From an uncultured Bacteroidales bacterium (GTDB lineage: Bacteria > Bacteroidota > Bacteroidia > Bacteroidales > VadinHA17), in the NCBI GenBank assembly GCA_963813405.1, contig CAWEYU010000004.1, positions 324,814 to 388,813 on the forward strand: a stretch of DNA of 64,000 bases, written 5' to 3'. The notes below the pieces were generated by a model, which had not been told where the DNA came from, searched no databases, and saw only the letters and a list, made by a program, of their open reading frames with translations. This document shows positions 25,332-35,237 of the stretch, in pieces; position 1 is the first letter of the stretch, and each line of letters begins with the position of its first letter. The position numbers and the translations under genes were made by a program.

Positions 25332-26402
25332 GTGACTAAAGTTATAAAAAAAATAGGGGTGGTCGGAGAAGGTAAGATGGGTTCATCAATCTTCCTTTAT
25401 CTGAATGGCTTCGATTTCAACCTCATCTGGCTTTGCAGTTCAGAAACTGAAACAGAAAAGGCAAGGAAAACATTCCTGAAAAAACTGAGGCTTCAGTTTC
25501 AATGCGGAGTATTAAATGAACAGGAATATGCATTAAAGTCAGACAATACCAAAATCACGGCCAGTATCAAAGATCTGGAAGATTGCGATCTGATAATTGA
25601 AGCCATCTCAGAAGATATTGACAGCAAGAAACTTCTGTTTGAATCTCTTAATAAAGCTGTTAATGAATCGTGCATTTTCACCAGTAACTCATCATCATAT
25701 ACACCTTCACAAATATTCTCAACCGGAATAAGGCCTAAGCGTATTGCAGGTCTGCACTTTTTCTTTCCCGTGACAATGAAAAACACTGTAGAAATGATTT
25801 CCGGATCACAAACATCTCTTGAAACCAAAGAATCTCTGAATCAGTTCCTGATAAAAATCAAGAAAAGACCGTTTCACCAGAATGACTCAAATGCTTTTAT
25901 ACTGAACCGGTTACTGGTTGATTTTCAGGCTGATGCTTTTAATGTTATCTGTGAAGGCAAACTATCCTTTAAGGAGATCGATGAGATTGTAAAACAACGA
26001 TTTTTCCCGATAGGAGTATTTGAATTCTTTGATCATGTAGGGATCGATGTGATGCTATCTTCTATCAGGTCGTACACTCATAATTGCATTAACAAAGTAT
26101 TCTACGAGTCACTTTTTCAAAAGCTGGAAGAACTGGTAAACCTGAACTTCCTGGGGATAAAAACGAAACGTGGTATCTATGATTATTCAACTCCGCCGGA
26201 GATATTACAACCACAAAGTGCTAAAACTGAAAACTTATCAGAATATAAAAATAATGTTGCTGATCGTCTATGGGGCTGTTACATCGGGTCCGTTAATTCA
26301 GTAATAGAGTCCGGAATCTGCTCACGGGAAGAACTTGCCTTCTATGTGAAAGACTATTTAGGAATGGATACAGATCCTTTTACATTGAGCGGGAAGGAGT
26401 AA
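25332..26402 (+). CDS. 3-hydroxyacyl-CoA dehydrogenase family protein (NAD-binding)
   Basis: 356 aa, GTG start. Rossmann IGVVGEGKMGSSI, TSNSSS, GLHFFFPV motifs. Confidence 0.85.
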   Translation: MTKVIKKIGVVGEGKMGSSIFLYLNGFDFNLIWLCSSETETEKARKTFLKKLRLQFQCGVLNEQEYALKSDNTKITASIKDLEDCDLIIEAISEDIDSKKLLFESLNKAVNESCIFTSNSSSYTPSQIFSTGIRPKRIAGLHFFFPVTMKNTVEMISGSQTSLETKESLNQFLIKIKKRPFHQNDSNAFILNRLLVDFQADAFNVICEGKLSFKEIDEIVKQRFFPIGVFEFFDHVGIDVMLSSIRSYTHNCINKVFYESLFQKLEELVNLNFLGIKTKRGIYDYSTPPEILQPQSAKTENLSEYKNNVADRLWGCYIGSVNSVIESGICSREELAFYVKDYLGMDTDPFTLSGKE

Positions 26403-28165
26403 AGTCCTTTTTTACCGGATGTTGTTATCCCCTTCACAATAATTGTATAAATACCTGCTTCATCGGAGGTAAAAAACTCTACTGATGTTTTGCCCTCTGC
26501 AGCTGATTTTAAATCTGGTTTCCAGAAAAGAGTATTGCGAAAATCCGGGATATGGCTCACCCTTAATGAATCTATGTCGTAATCCGGAGAATAAAAATCC
26601 AATTCCGGGTTATATCCTTCAAATATCTGTCGGTATACAAATTTATCAGATTCAAAAGCGCTCATATCGCCTTTCTTCGTAATAAAACTCAGGATCCCGT
26701 CAAAAATATAATCCGAAAAATAATATCGTCGGTTTATAATATCTATTCGTTCAAGGTCCTTTGAATTGACACTCAGTAGATTTTCAATATCATATACCGG
26801 AACGCCGTCGACAAGTATTAATGCCTGATTTTCAAATGGCTGGAAGGGATAATTGTTTGTAATTTTAAAACTATATTTTTTGTTTCTTCTAACTACATTT
26901 ATTTCAGGGAGAATCTCTTTCACAATCTCTCTAACATCTCGCAGTTCAATATAATCCGACATTAAAATTCTTCGGTCAGGTTCGCCATAAAAGTCTCTTG
27001 CTTTACCACTCACTGGCATTGCATGAATCCTTTGCCGGAATGGCTCATAAATATTGTTAACCTGCATGCTGATAACGGCATTATTAATTCTTTCAATCCT
27101 GCTGCTGTCGAGATAAAATGATCGGGGCCTGGTCCCATTAAAGATTGTACTGAACGGCTGATTTAGCTCTACATAACTCTCTGACATTTCCGGGGACAAT
27201 GGCTGAATAACCAGATCACTCAAATCCAGCTGGTCTCTCAGTACAAAATTAAACTCACCTTTATCGTTTGTTTTAACAAACTGACATCTGGCAGATTTCC
27301 CGACGAAAGAAAGAGACAAGTCTATATTCTTCAGCGGTTCATTGGTTTTGGAGCTTTTAATTATCCCCGATAATAATGGCGCTTCGATTTCCGGCAGATT
27401 AACATTAACCGATTTGATAGCTTCATTTAAAGTTTCCGTATTCCCCTCATGACTCATATTCTCCCCGTAGAGCAGAACAGGTTTTACAACAGAAACAGAC
27501 AAATCCGCTTCAACGGGATTACCAGCAAGATCTGTGACCGAAATATCGACCATAACTTTTTCCCGTGCCTGATACTCATTCTTTTGAGGTGTAGCTTTAA
27601 TATTAATCTGGTTTTCATTTTCATTGGCGGGTAACTTTGCTGCAGGTTGATTTCCTATCTGTGATAAAATAGCTTTATTATTCTGCCCTGCTGAAGAAAT
27701 TATCAGACGATCTATATTTTTGAACGGATTAATGATGGTAATGGTCTTATAATAAAAAAGGTCTGCAGAATAATTAGTCATCCATTTCGTATAGGCCCGG
27801 ATCAGGTAGTTACCAGAGCTCAAAGTATCAGAAAGTCTTAACATCGTTGATCCAGAGGTTCCGGAAACCAATGTTTTTACCTGGGAAACAGTATTATTTG
27901 AATTATCAAGTAACTCAAGATAAACTACTTTACTTAAGTCACCCGGAGCACCGGTAAGTCTGTTCATTTTATACACTTTCACCCATACCTGTTCCCCGGT
28001 GATGTAAATATCACGGTCAGTATGAATAGAAATCTTTTCCTGACAGTCAGAAAGCTTTAATGTATCGATATAATTATCAGAACTTTGACTGAATACTGTA
28101 CAGTTCAATAAAATAAATAAAAATGAAAATAAACTTTGCAGGATGCGATATCTAATATTTTCCAT
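26354..28165 (-). CDS. Exported hypothetical protein with MG2-like N-terminal and plug-like C-terminal segments, no barrel
   Basis: 603 aa with a signal peptide. HTDRDIYITGEQVWVKVY resembles MG2 domains. ALILVDGVPVYDIENLLSVNSKDLERIDI resembles a TonB plug motif. Its 3' end overlaps the convergent gene by 49 nt. Confidence 0.55.
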   Translation of the reverse strand: MENIRYRILQSLFSFLFILLNCTVFSQSSDNYIDTLKLSDCQEKISIHTDRDIYITGEQVWVKVYKMNRLTGAPGDLSKVVYLELLDNSNNTVSQVKTLVSGTSGSTMLRLSDTLSSGNYLIRAYTKWMTNYSADLFYYKTITIINPFKNIDRLIISSAGQNNKAILSQIGNQPAAKLPANENENQINIKATPQKNEYQAREKVMVDISVTDLAGNPVEADLSVSVVKPVLLYGENMSHEGNTETLNEAIKSVNVNLPEIEAPLLSGIIKSSKTNEPLKNIDLSLSFVGKSARCQFVKTNDKGEFNFVLRDQLDLSDLVIQPLSPEMSESYVELNQPFSTIFNGTRPRSFYLDSSRIERINNAVISMQVNNIYEPFRQRIHAMPVSGKARDFYGEPDRRILMSDYIELRDVREIVKEILPEINVVRRNKKYSFKITNNYPFQPFENQALILVDGVPVYDIENLLSVNSKDLERIDIINRRYYFSDYIFDGILSFITKKGDMSAFESDKFVYRQIFEGYNPELDFYSPDYDIDSLRVSHIPDFRNTLFWKPDLKSAAEGKTSVEFFTSDEAGIYTIIVKGITTSGKKGLYSFPLNVKGSVSIPK

Positions 28166-28178
28166 AAAATTATTCAGA

Positions 28179-29411
28179 CTAATTTAAGTCGACCCAGAAA
28201 TCAGGTTTCACAAGTGTGCCAGTCAGTTCGCAATTTCCACAAATTCCGGGAGCAAATACAAGTTTGAGTAATTTTTGTGTTTCCGGAACGAATAAAGCCT
28301 CTATAAAAGTATAGCCTTTGTCAGTCCACATAGTATATAGTTCATCCCATGTGGGCGGCATACAAAAATTTACACCACGACAATAGTCTGATGGAGATGT
28401 CTCATATCTTTTACAATCATAATGAAAAAATGGAAGATCCAGAGCTTTCAGCTCCATGAATGTTATGTACTTCCTTTTTTGATTTACAGCTGAAACCTGG
28501 AAAAAGCCTAAAACCTGCTCCCCTGCATTATTAATGTTATGTATATTGCTGGTCACCGGAAAAGGTTGTGAACCAAATATATCTCCACTATTTTCACTCA
28601 CTTTTTTCAGATTGCTCCAGAAGTTATACTCTTCTTTTGATATTGAATATTGCTTTACCAGGATACTATACTGCACCGTAAGGCGGTCCGTTTTATCAGG
28701 GGTAATAAAACAAAGCGCTTCTCTTTTTATAGAATTTGCTTCACCCGGCGAAGTTGAACTGATTAATATTTCAGATGACTTTTGATTCTTCCAGCAAAAT
28801 TCTTTAAAATATGTAATTGGCAGGACAGTTGAGTCGTTTATATAACTGAATTTTTGAGGATTAGGCACTTTGAATTTCCATGTCTCATCAAATTCCCATC
28901 TGTAGTATTTATTGCTTTCATCTCCCGGTTTGGAATCAAGATACACAGTTATTCCTGTATGTGTTTCACTCTGGTTGTTGGTAAATCCAACCTCCTTTTC
29001 ATAATAAAGAGTGTCGATTTCGGGAACCGGCAACATAATGCCCGGATCCGACTTATATTCCTTACCATCTCTGGTAACTATATCCAGAACATAGGTTTTC
29101 CCGACTGATCCCCTGAAAACAGTGTTATCTGATCTGTATATTCCTTCCCCAATATTCTTAAACATGGATTGCTTCCCACTTTCATCTGTTACTGAAACAA
29201 TTGCATCCGATACCATCTCTCCTATCAAGTCTTTACTTTGCCTTGACTTCGACAATTTGATTTCGTATGGAACGTTTTCATTGGTAATAAGACCCTCAAC
29301 TACAAGCAGAGATTGATAACCATTTAGTTTCGGAAAATATGGATCAATACAGGTACAAAGAGTAGCCACAAATATGACTGAAATTATTGCTTTTAGCTTT
29401 GTTTTTAACAT
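28179..29411 (-). CDS. DUF4249-family lipoprotein
   Basis: 410 aa. Lipobox ATLCTC, then IDPYFPKLNGYQSLLVVEGLITNENVPYEIKLSKS, typical of DUF4249 proteins that accompany CarboxypepD_reg TonB receptors. Confidence 0.7.
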   Translation of the reverse strand: MLKTKLKAIISVIFVATLCTCIDPYFPKLNGYQSLLVVEGLITNENVPYEIKLSKSRQSKDLIGEMVSDAIVSVTDESGKQSMFKNIGEGIYRSDNTVFRGSVGKTYVLDIVTRDGKEYKSDPGIMLPVPEIDTLYYEKEVGFTNNQSETHTGITVYLDSKPGDESNKYYRWEFDETWKFKVPNPQKFSYINDSTVLPITYFKEFCWKNQKSSEILISSTSPGEANSIKREALCFITPDKTDRLTVQYSILVKQYSISKEEYNFWSNLKKVSENSGDIFGSQPFPVTSNIHNINNAGEQVLGFFQVSAVNQKRKYITFMELKALDLPFFHYDCKRYETSPSDYCRGVNFCMPPTWDELYTMWTDKGYTFIEALFVPETQKLLKLVFAPGICGNCELTGTLVKPDFWVDLN

Positions 29412-29594
29412 TCACCAACTTTAAATAGTCTGCTCCTGACACGTAGGGTTCTTTAATTTGAAAAACAAAAGTAAGACAATTTATATACCATGACTATCTG
29501 CCAGCAGAAAATTTTATGAAAATAAAATTCAATTAATCTTACCATCTAATAGACAATTTATTAATTTGGCGGATTAAAAAACATCTTACCACTG

Positions 29595-30392
29595 ATGAAA
29601 TTTATTTTCCCCGCGTTACTCTTGATCTTTTCAATTCTTCTTTCTGGAAAAGCCATTGGACAGCAAAAAATTGATCTCCCTGGAAATACAATCAAAGAAA
29701 ATGATCTGCAATTAACAATTCTCCAGACCGATTATATCAACAAACTTTACTACCAGGTTATTGCAACTCCAAAAGATATTATTAATGGTAAGGAATGCCT
29801 GCCTTATTCTTTCAGAAGCGAGACAACTCCAATGTTTCATTCCAGGGATCAGCTAAGTGGAACCTTAAATGTAAATAACAGGCTTTATAAAAATATCAAA
29901 TTGCAGTATGACACTTACCTTGACGAACTTATTTATACCGACACAAGCAGAATAATAAATAATGAATTCCCAAGGATTAACCTGAATAAAGATATTATCG
30001 AAGGATTCACTCTGTTTGTCGATGGCAGCATTATTAATTTCAGGCATCTGCGGTTTAATGGGAAGCAAGAAAGCAAACTGGCAGATGGCTTTTATGAAAT
30101 AGCTTATGATGGGCCATCACAATTAATTATTAAACATCTTTCAACTCTTTACAACAAGCAGGGATTAAATGAATATAAATATTCTTCTGTAAGATATATT
30201 TTATCGGAAAATAAATACCATAAAATTACAAATGAAAAGAACCTTATACTGTTATTCAGCGATCATTCCCAGGAAATGAAAAACTTCCTCCATAAATCGC
30301 AAATAAGAACTAAAAAAGCGATGAAAGATCAATTAGTTGGAATTGTGAAATATTATGATTCGCTTAAAGCATCTGAAAGTCATCTGCAATGA
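29595..30392 (+). CDS. Exported hypothetical protein
   Basis: 265 aa with a signal peptide (LLLIFSILLSGKAIGQ). 4-nt overlap with the downstream receptor gene. Confidence 0.6.
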   Translation: MKFIFPALLLIFSILLSGKAIGQQKIDLPGNTIKENDLQLTILQTDYINKLYYQVIATPKDIINGKECLPYSFRSETTPMFHSRDQLSGTLNVNNRLYKNIKLQYDTYLDELIYTDTSRIINNEFPRINLNKDIIEGFTLFVDGSIINFRHLRFNGKQESKLADGFYEIAYDGPSQLIIKHLSTLYNKQGLNEYKYSSVRYILSENKYHKITNEKNLILLFSDHSQEMKNFLHKSQIRTKKAMKDQLVGIVKYYDSLKASESHLQ

Positions 30393-33169
30393 AGAAATTT
30401 CCAGGTATTATCTTTTTTTTGTTTATATCACTCCGGCTGGTTGCACAGGACAATAAATTATCACTGCAATTCAGCCGTATATTATTTAGAGAGCTTGCTG
30501 ATACGCTTGAAAAAACAATTCCTGTAAAAATCTATTACTCAAACAAATGGGTGGATAGTCTATATCTTGATATCCATGCAAACAATGATTCATTGGCAAG
30601 TCTGTTTGATAAATCTCTTGAAAATACCGGATACTTCTTCATTATAACTGATAAGAACAAACTTATTCTTTCAAAGGGGTTCCGCATTAAAACCAATTTC
30701 AGCAAAGAATATTACGAACAGCTGAAAAAGAAGACTACGCCGCCGGATACAGCTCAATATTTTCAACTTACCACCGAAAACAAAGAATCGGGTATAAATG
30801 AAGAATTCAAAATATTTAAAATTGGAAATCCCTCAGCATTAAGAAATGGAGGTTTTGCTACCATCTCCGGCATTATAAAAGATCCGGTTAAAGGTGAACC
30901 ACTTCCCGGAGTAGTTGTATATGTAGAAAAGCTGAAACTGGGTGCAATTTCAAATGCCATCGGATATTATACTCTGGAATTACCTAAAGGACAATATCAG
31001 ATCGAATACAGGATGGTAGGATTAAAATCATTAAAAAGGAATGTTCTGTTGTATTCCAGCGGTGCGCTTGATGTAGAAATGGTTCAAAGTACAAAACAGC
31101 TTAATGAGGTTTTTGTTTCTGCCAATAGGGAAAACAGGGTTCAGGATGTAAGAATGGGAATTGAAAAGATCAGTATGAAAATGATTAAACAAATTCCAAT
31201 GGGTATGGGAGAAGCTGACCTTGTTAAAAGCTCATTGTTATTACCCGGAGTACAAACAGTAGGAGAAGCATCAAATGGTTTTAATATCCGCGGAGGAAGC
31301 ATTGACCAGAATCTTATATTGCTGGATGGTGCCCCTATAATAAATCCGTCACATTTCTTTGGCTTCTTTTCAGCATTTAATTCTGACGTAGTCGAAGATG
31401 TAACTCTTTATAAAAGCGGTACCCCGGCCAGGTATGGGGGAAGAGTATCGTCGGTTATGGATATTTCTCTTAAACAGGGTTCAAAAGAAAAGCTAAATAT
31501 CAGCGGAGGAATAAGTCCTTTTACCGGCAGGATAATGGTTGAGGCGCCAATAATAAAGAAAAAAAGCTCATTCATTCTTGGCGCAAGAACAACATATTCA
31601 GATTGGATACTGGGATTGATGAAAGATATGCGTCTCCAGAAAAGTAATGCAGATTTTAATGATTTTCAGGGATTATTTACATTCGATATTAACCACAAAA
31701 ATTCTGTTTCCGTTTCAGGTTATTTAAGTAATGACAATTTTGATTATTACAGAGAATATGGCATTAAATACATGAATTTATCTTCTACCATCAAGTGGAA
31801 CCATACCTTTAATTCAAGGCTCTCATCCCAAATAACCGGTATTTTAAGCAACTATTCATATGAACTGGATTCAAAAACAGACTCAACACAATATAATTCT
31901 CTGAACTATAAACTAAACCAAAGAATCTTTAAAACCGATTTCACTTACTTCCCGGCAGAAAAACACAAAGTTGAATTCGGCTTAAGTGTGACTGATTATT
32001 CATTATCACCCGGTATACAAAAACCTTTTGGGAAATTTTCCAAAATAGAGCCAAGATCCCTTGAGGATGAACAGGGACTTGAATCATCATTGTACCTCAG
32101 TGATGAATTTGAATACTCACCGATATTTTTGATTTCAGGTGGCCTGCGTTTTAATCTCTTTACCTCTTTCGGACCGGAATCTCAGACCATATATCTTCCC
32201 AACGCCTCCAGGTCTCTCGATAATATTACCGATACAATCTATTTCAAAAAGGGACAAATTATTCAAGTCTATCCTGGTCTCGAATTCAGACTATCTTCCC
32301 GCCTTATTATTGCACCTGATCTGTCAGTTAAAGCAGGGATTCAGAGAAATTTTCAATATCTTAATATGATTTCCAATACCACTTCAATGGCACCAACTGA
32401 TATCTGGAAACTTAGCGACAGTTATATAAAGCCACAAAGGGGTGATCAGTATTCATTAGGCATTTATAAAAATTTCAGGACCAAAGCAATAGAAACTTCA
32501 ATTGAAGTTTATTACAAGTCATTAAAAAACATACTCGACTACAAAGGTGGTGCAGACCTGCTTATGAATAATCACCTCGAGACCGATATATTGAATTGTA
32601 AAGGGAAAGCATATGGAATTGAGCTAATGGTTAAAAAACAAATGGGGATCCTGACAGGCTGGATAAGCTATACTTATTCGAGGTCATTACTTAAGATTGA
32701 TGGATCATTTGAAGATGAGAAAGTTAACGGGGGAAAATATTTTCCTGCAAATTTCGACAAACCTCATGATTTAAAAATTGTATCCAATATCAAGATGTCG
32801 AGACGGCTGAATTTTACTTCAAATCTTATATATAATACAGGACGCCCCATCACATTTCCGGTAGCATATTTTGATTTTTATAATGTGTCACGGGTATATT
32901 ATTCAAACAGAAATGAATTCCGGATACCAGATTATCTCAGAGTCGATTTTTCGGCTACTTTGAATGGAAACCTTAAAGCCAAAAAGTTAAGTCACTCATC
33001 TTTGACTTTTACTGTTTATAATGTTCTTGGCAGAAAAAATCCATATTCAATATTTTTTAAGGTGGAGGATGGAGTTGTTAACGGCTATCAGATGTCGATT
33101 TTCGGTAAACCCATCGTAATGCTTACTTACAGTTTCAGAATTCGCGGAAATGCATCAAGTGATTTATAA
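30389..33169 (+). CDS. TonB-dependent receptor with STN-like N-terminal extension, CarboxypepD_reg domain, plug and barrel
   Basis: 926 aa. ISGIIKDPVKGEPLPGVVVYV...GYYTLELPKGQY. Plug: LLPGVQTVGEASNGFNIRGGSIDQNLILLDGAPI. Long beta-barrel. Confidence 0.9.
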   Translation: MKKFPGIIFFLFISLRLVAQDNKLSLQFSRILFRELADTLEKTIPVKIYYSNKWVDSLYLDIHANNDSLASLFDKSLENTGYFFIITDKNKLILSKGFRIKTNFSKEYYEQLKKKTTPPDTAQYFQLTTENKESGINEEFKIFKIGNPSALRNGGFATISGIIKDPVKGEPLPGVVVYVEKLKLGAISNAIGYYTLELPKGQYQIEYRMVGLKSLKRNVLLYSSGALDVEMVQSTKQLNEVFVSANRENRVQDVRMGIEKISMKMIKQIPMGMGEADLVKSSLLLPGVQTVGEASNGFNIRGGSIDQNLILLDGAPIINPSHFFGFFSAFNSDVVEDVTLYKSGTPARYGGRVSSVMDISLKQGSKEKLNISGGISPFTGRIMVEAPIIKKKSSFILGARTTYSDWILGLMKDMRLQKSNADFNDFQGLFTFDINHKNSVSVSGYLSNDNFDYYREYGIKYMNLSSTIKWNHTFNSRLSSQITGILSNYSYELDSKTDSTQYNSLNYKLNQRIFKTDFTYFPAEKHKVEFGLSVTDYSLSPGIQKPFGKFSKIEPRSLEDEQGLESSLYLSDEFEYSPIFLISGGLRFNLFTSFGPESQTIYLPNASRSLDNITDTIYFKKGQIIQVYPGLEFRLSSRLIIAPDLSVKAGIQRNFQYLNMISNTTSMAPTDIWKLSDSYIKPQRGDQYSLGIYKNFRTKAIETSIEVYYKSLKNILDYKGGADLLMNNHLETDILNCKGKAYGIELMVKKQMGILTGWISYTYSRSLLKIDGSFEDEKVNGGKYFPANFDKPHDLKIVSNIKMSRRLNFTSNLIYNTGRPITFPVAYFDFYNVSRVYYSNRNEFRIPDYLRVDFSATLNGNLKAKKLSHSSLTFTVYNVLGRKNPYSIFFKVEDGVVNGYQMSIFGKPIVMLTYSFRIRGNASSDL

Positions 33170-33231
33170 TTTTTTCATAAATTTAGGGTGAAATTAACAG
33201 GATTATCTTTTTTAATCTAAACCTGAATAAT

Positions 33232-34074
33232 ATGGAAAAAGAAATTGCACATCTATTTGGTGAATTCAGAAAAGGTGGTATTGATCGGCGTGAGTTTTTC
33301 AAAAGACTGACTGCAGTGGCAGGAAGTACTGCTGCCGCAATGGCTTTAATCCCATCAGCAGAATGGTCATCACTTCAGGAAACTGATCCGGATCTGGTGA
33401 CCGAATTTATTAAATACCCGGGTGCTTCGGGTGAGGTTAAAGCTTACCTGGCAAGACCTAAAGAAAACAAAAAGTATCCTGCTGTAATTGTTATTCATGA
33501 GAACAGGGGTCTGGTGCCACACATAAGGGATGTAAACAGGAGAATGGCAAAAGAAGGATTTCTTGCCCTTGCTCCTGATGCTCTTTCTCCTGTCGGAGGA
33601 ACTCCTGACGATATAAGTAATGTCGGGGAATTATTCAGTAAGTTAAAATCTGAAGAGACAACGAGGAACTTCGTTGCCGCAGTCAAATACCTGAAAACTC
33701 ATCCTAACTCAAATGGTAAGGTAGGATGTACCGGATTTTGCTGGGGAGGTGCAATGACAAACCAGGTAGCAGTTAACTCCTCCGACCTGAATGCTGCTGT
33801 TCCATATTATGGAAGACAGCCGTCAGCTGAAGATGTTGCAAAGATAAAGGCTCCTTTAATGGCCCATTATGCTGAGAATGATCCTGGTATCGATGCCGGT
33901 ATCCCGGCTTTTGAAGAGGCTCTCAAAAAAGCCGGTATAAAATATCAGATATTCACTTACCCGGGAACGCAGCATGCCTTTAATAACGACACAAACCCAA
34001 CGAGGTATAATGAGCAGGCAGCGAAACTGGCGTGGAAGAGGACTGTCGATTTCTTTAAGCAGAATTTGAAGTAA
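33232..34074 (+). CDS. Dienelactone hydrolase family protein with a twin-arginine signal
   Basis: 280 aa. Tat motif DRREFFKRL + AGSTAAAMAL. VIVIHENRGL, GCTGFCWGG nucleophile elbow, GTQHAF. Confidence 0.85.
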   Translation: MEKEIAHLFGEFRKGGIDRREFFKRLTAVAGSTAAAMALIPSAEWSSLQETDPDLVTEFIKYPGASGEVKAYLARPKENKKYPAVIVIHENRGLVPHIRDVNRRMAKEGFLALAPDALSPVGGTPDDISNVGELFSKLKSEETTRNFVAAVKYLKTHPNSNGKVGCTGFCWGGAMTNQVAVNSSDLNAAVPYYGRQPSAEDVAKIKAPLMAHYAENDPGIDAGIPAFEEALKKAGIKYQIFTYPGTQHAFNNDTNPTRYNEQAAKLAWKRTVDFFKQNLK

Positions 34075-35194
34075 GTTGAGCTATTGCTTCCACGAACGGT
34101 TTTACATGTTTGAAGAACCTCTTGTAACCCGGACACAAATAGTTTAACCCGGGTTTGCCATCCGGAGTATTAACAAACCTGTTCTTCGGACATTCGCCAT
34201 TACACATTTCTCTTACCTCGCATTTAAGACAAAATTCGGGCAGATTATTCAACTTTTCCTGTCCGAATTTTTTTTGCCTTTCACTGTCAAGCAATTCAGC
34301 GAGTGAGATTTCATTGATATTACCTATCAGGTGCTCTTTGTCAGTGAAGTGATCGCAGGAATAGAAATCGCCATTATGTTCAACAACTGGCACACCACCG
34401 CAGGTTTTTTTAAAAATGCAAAGAGTATGCTCCTGGTTAAATGCTGTTCTGGCCGCCTCTTCAATAATCTGAATTTTTAATCTGCCAATATCGTGTACTA
34501 TCCATTCATCAAATACTGTGGAAAGGAAAGTACCGAATGCTTCTGCAGGCACTGAAACAGGACTTACACCGGAATCCGACCTGGTATCTCTTTGCACCAA
34601 TGGCAGAAAGGTGATATATTCCGATCGGAGATTTTTTATATATCCGTAAACTTCAATGGGAAAAACAACATTTGCTGCACTTACTACAGTAAGTATTTCT
34701 GTTGTCACATTATGTTTCTTCAGAAGGTCATATCCCTCAAGCGTCTTCTTAAATGACCCTTTCCTGTCTTTAAAAACCCGGAATTTATCGTGCATCTCTT
34801 CCGGTCCGTCAATGCTTATACCGACAAAAAATCCTTCATCTGAAAGAAATCTGCACCAGTCATCATTCAGGAGTGTGGCATTGGTTTGTATCCCATTTAC
34901 GATCCTGCTGCCAGCCGGCTGGTATTCCTTCTGCAGTTTCACAGCTTTCCTGAAGAAATTTAAGCCTGTCAGAGTTGGTTCTCCTCCATGCCATGAAAAA
35001 AAGATATCCTTTTCAGTGCTTGCTTCGACCAGTCCGATGATATATTTTTTAAGTACTTCATCAGACATCCTTAAGAGTTTCATATCCTCATAGAGAGAAG
35101 CCTTTTCCAGATAGTAGCAATATCTGCAACGCAGATTGCAGTCTGCACCTGCCGGCTTAACAAATACCTGGAATTCTCTGTATGGTTTTTTCAT
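34055..35194 (-). CDS. Anaerobic sulfatase-maturating enzyme-type radical SAM/SPASM protein
   Basis: 379 aa. VKPAGADCNLRCRYCYY (CxxxCxxC), WHGGEPTL, and C-terminal Cys clusters (CGGVPVVEHNGDFYSCDHF, CLKCEVREMCNGECPKN). Confidence 0.85.
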   Translation of the reverse strand: MKKPYREFQVFVKPAGADCNLRCRYCYYLEKASLYEDMKLLRMSDEVLKKYIIGLVEASTEKDIFFSWHGGEPTLTGLNFFRKAVKLQKEYQPAGSRIVNGIQTNATLLNDDWCRFLSDEGFFVGISIDGPEEMHDKFRVFKDRKGSFKKTLEGYDLLKKHNVTTEILTVVSAANVVFPIEVYGYIKNLRSEYITFLPLVQRDTRSDSGVSPVSVPAEAFGTFLSTVFDEWIVHDIGRLKIQIIEEAARTAFNQEHTLCIFKKTCGGVPVVEHNGDFYSCDHFTDKEHLIGNINEISLAELLDSERQKKFGQEKLNNLPEFCLKCEVREMCNGECPKNRFVNTPDGKPGLNYLCPGYKRFFKHVKPFVEAIAQLTSNSA

Positions 35195-35237
35195 GACCCG
35201 TGAAAAAATTGAATTTATGTAAATTATATGGCTATCT

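Noticed and set aside
26354-26402. A 49-nt convergent 3' overlap between the dehydrogenase gene and the 603-aa gene. There is a similar 20-nt overlap at 34055..34074 and a 15-nt overlap at 51899..51913.
   Set aside because: Convergent terminal overlaps are common in compact genomes and there is no evidence of function. They may simply reflect the last few poorly conserved codons.
34055-35194. An anSME-type radical SAM/SPASM maturase with no sulfatase gene nearby. I considered whether it was an orphan RiPP maturase.
   Set aside because: The sequence is a textbook anaerobic sulfatase-maturating enzyme. Bacteroidetes typically carry one copy serving sulfatases scattered around the genome, and no precursor-peptide-like ORF is adjacent.
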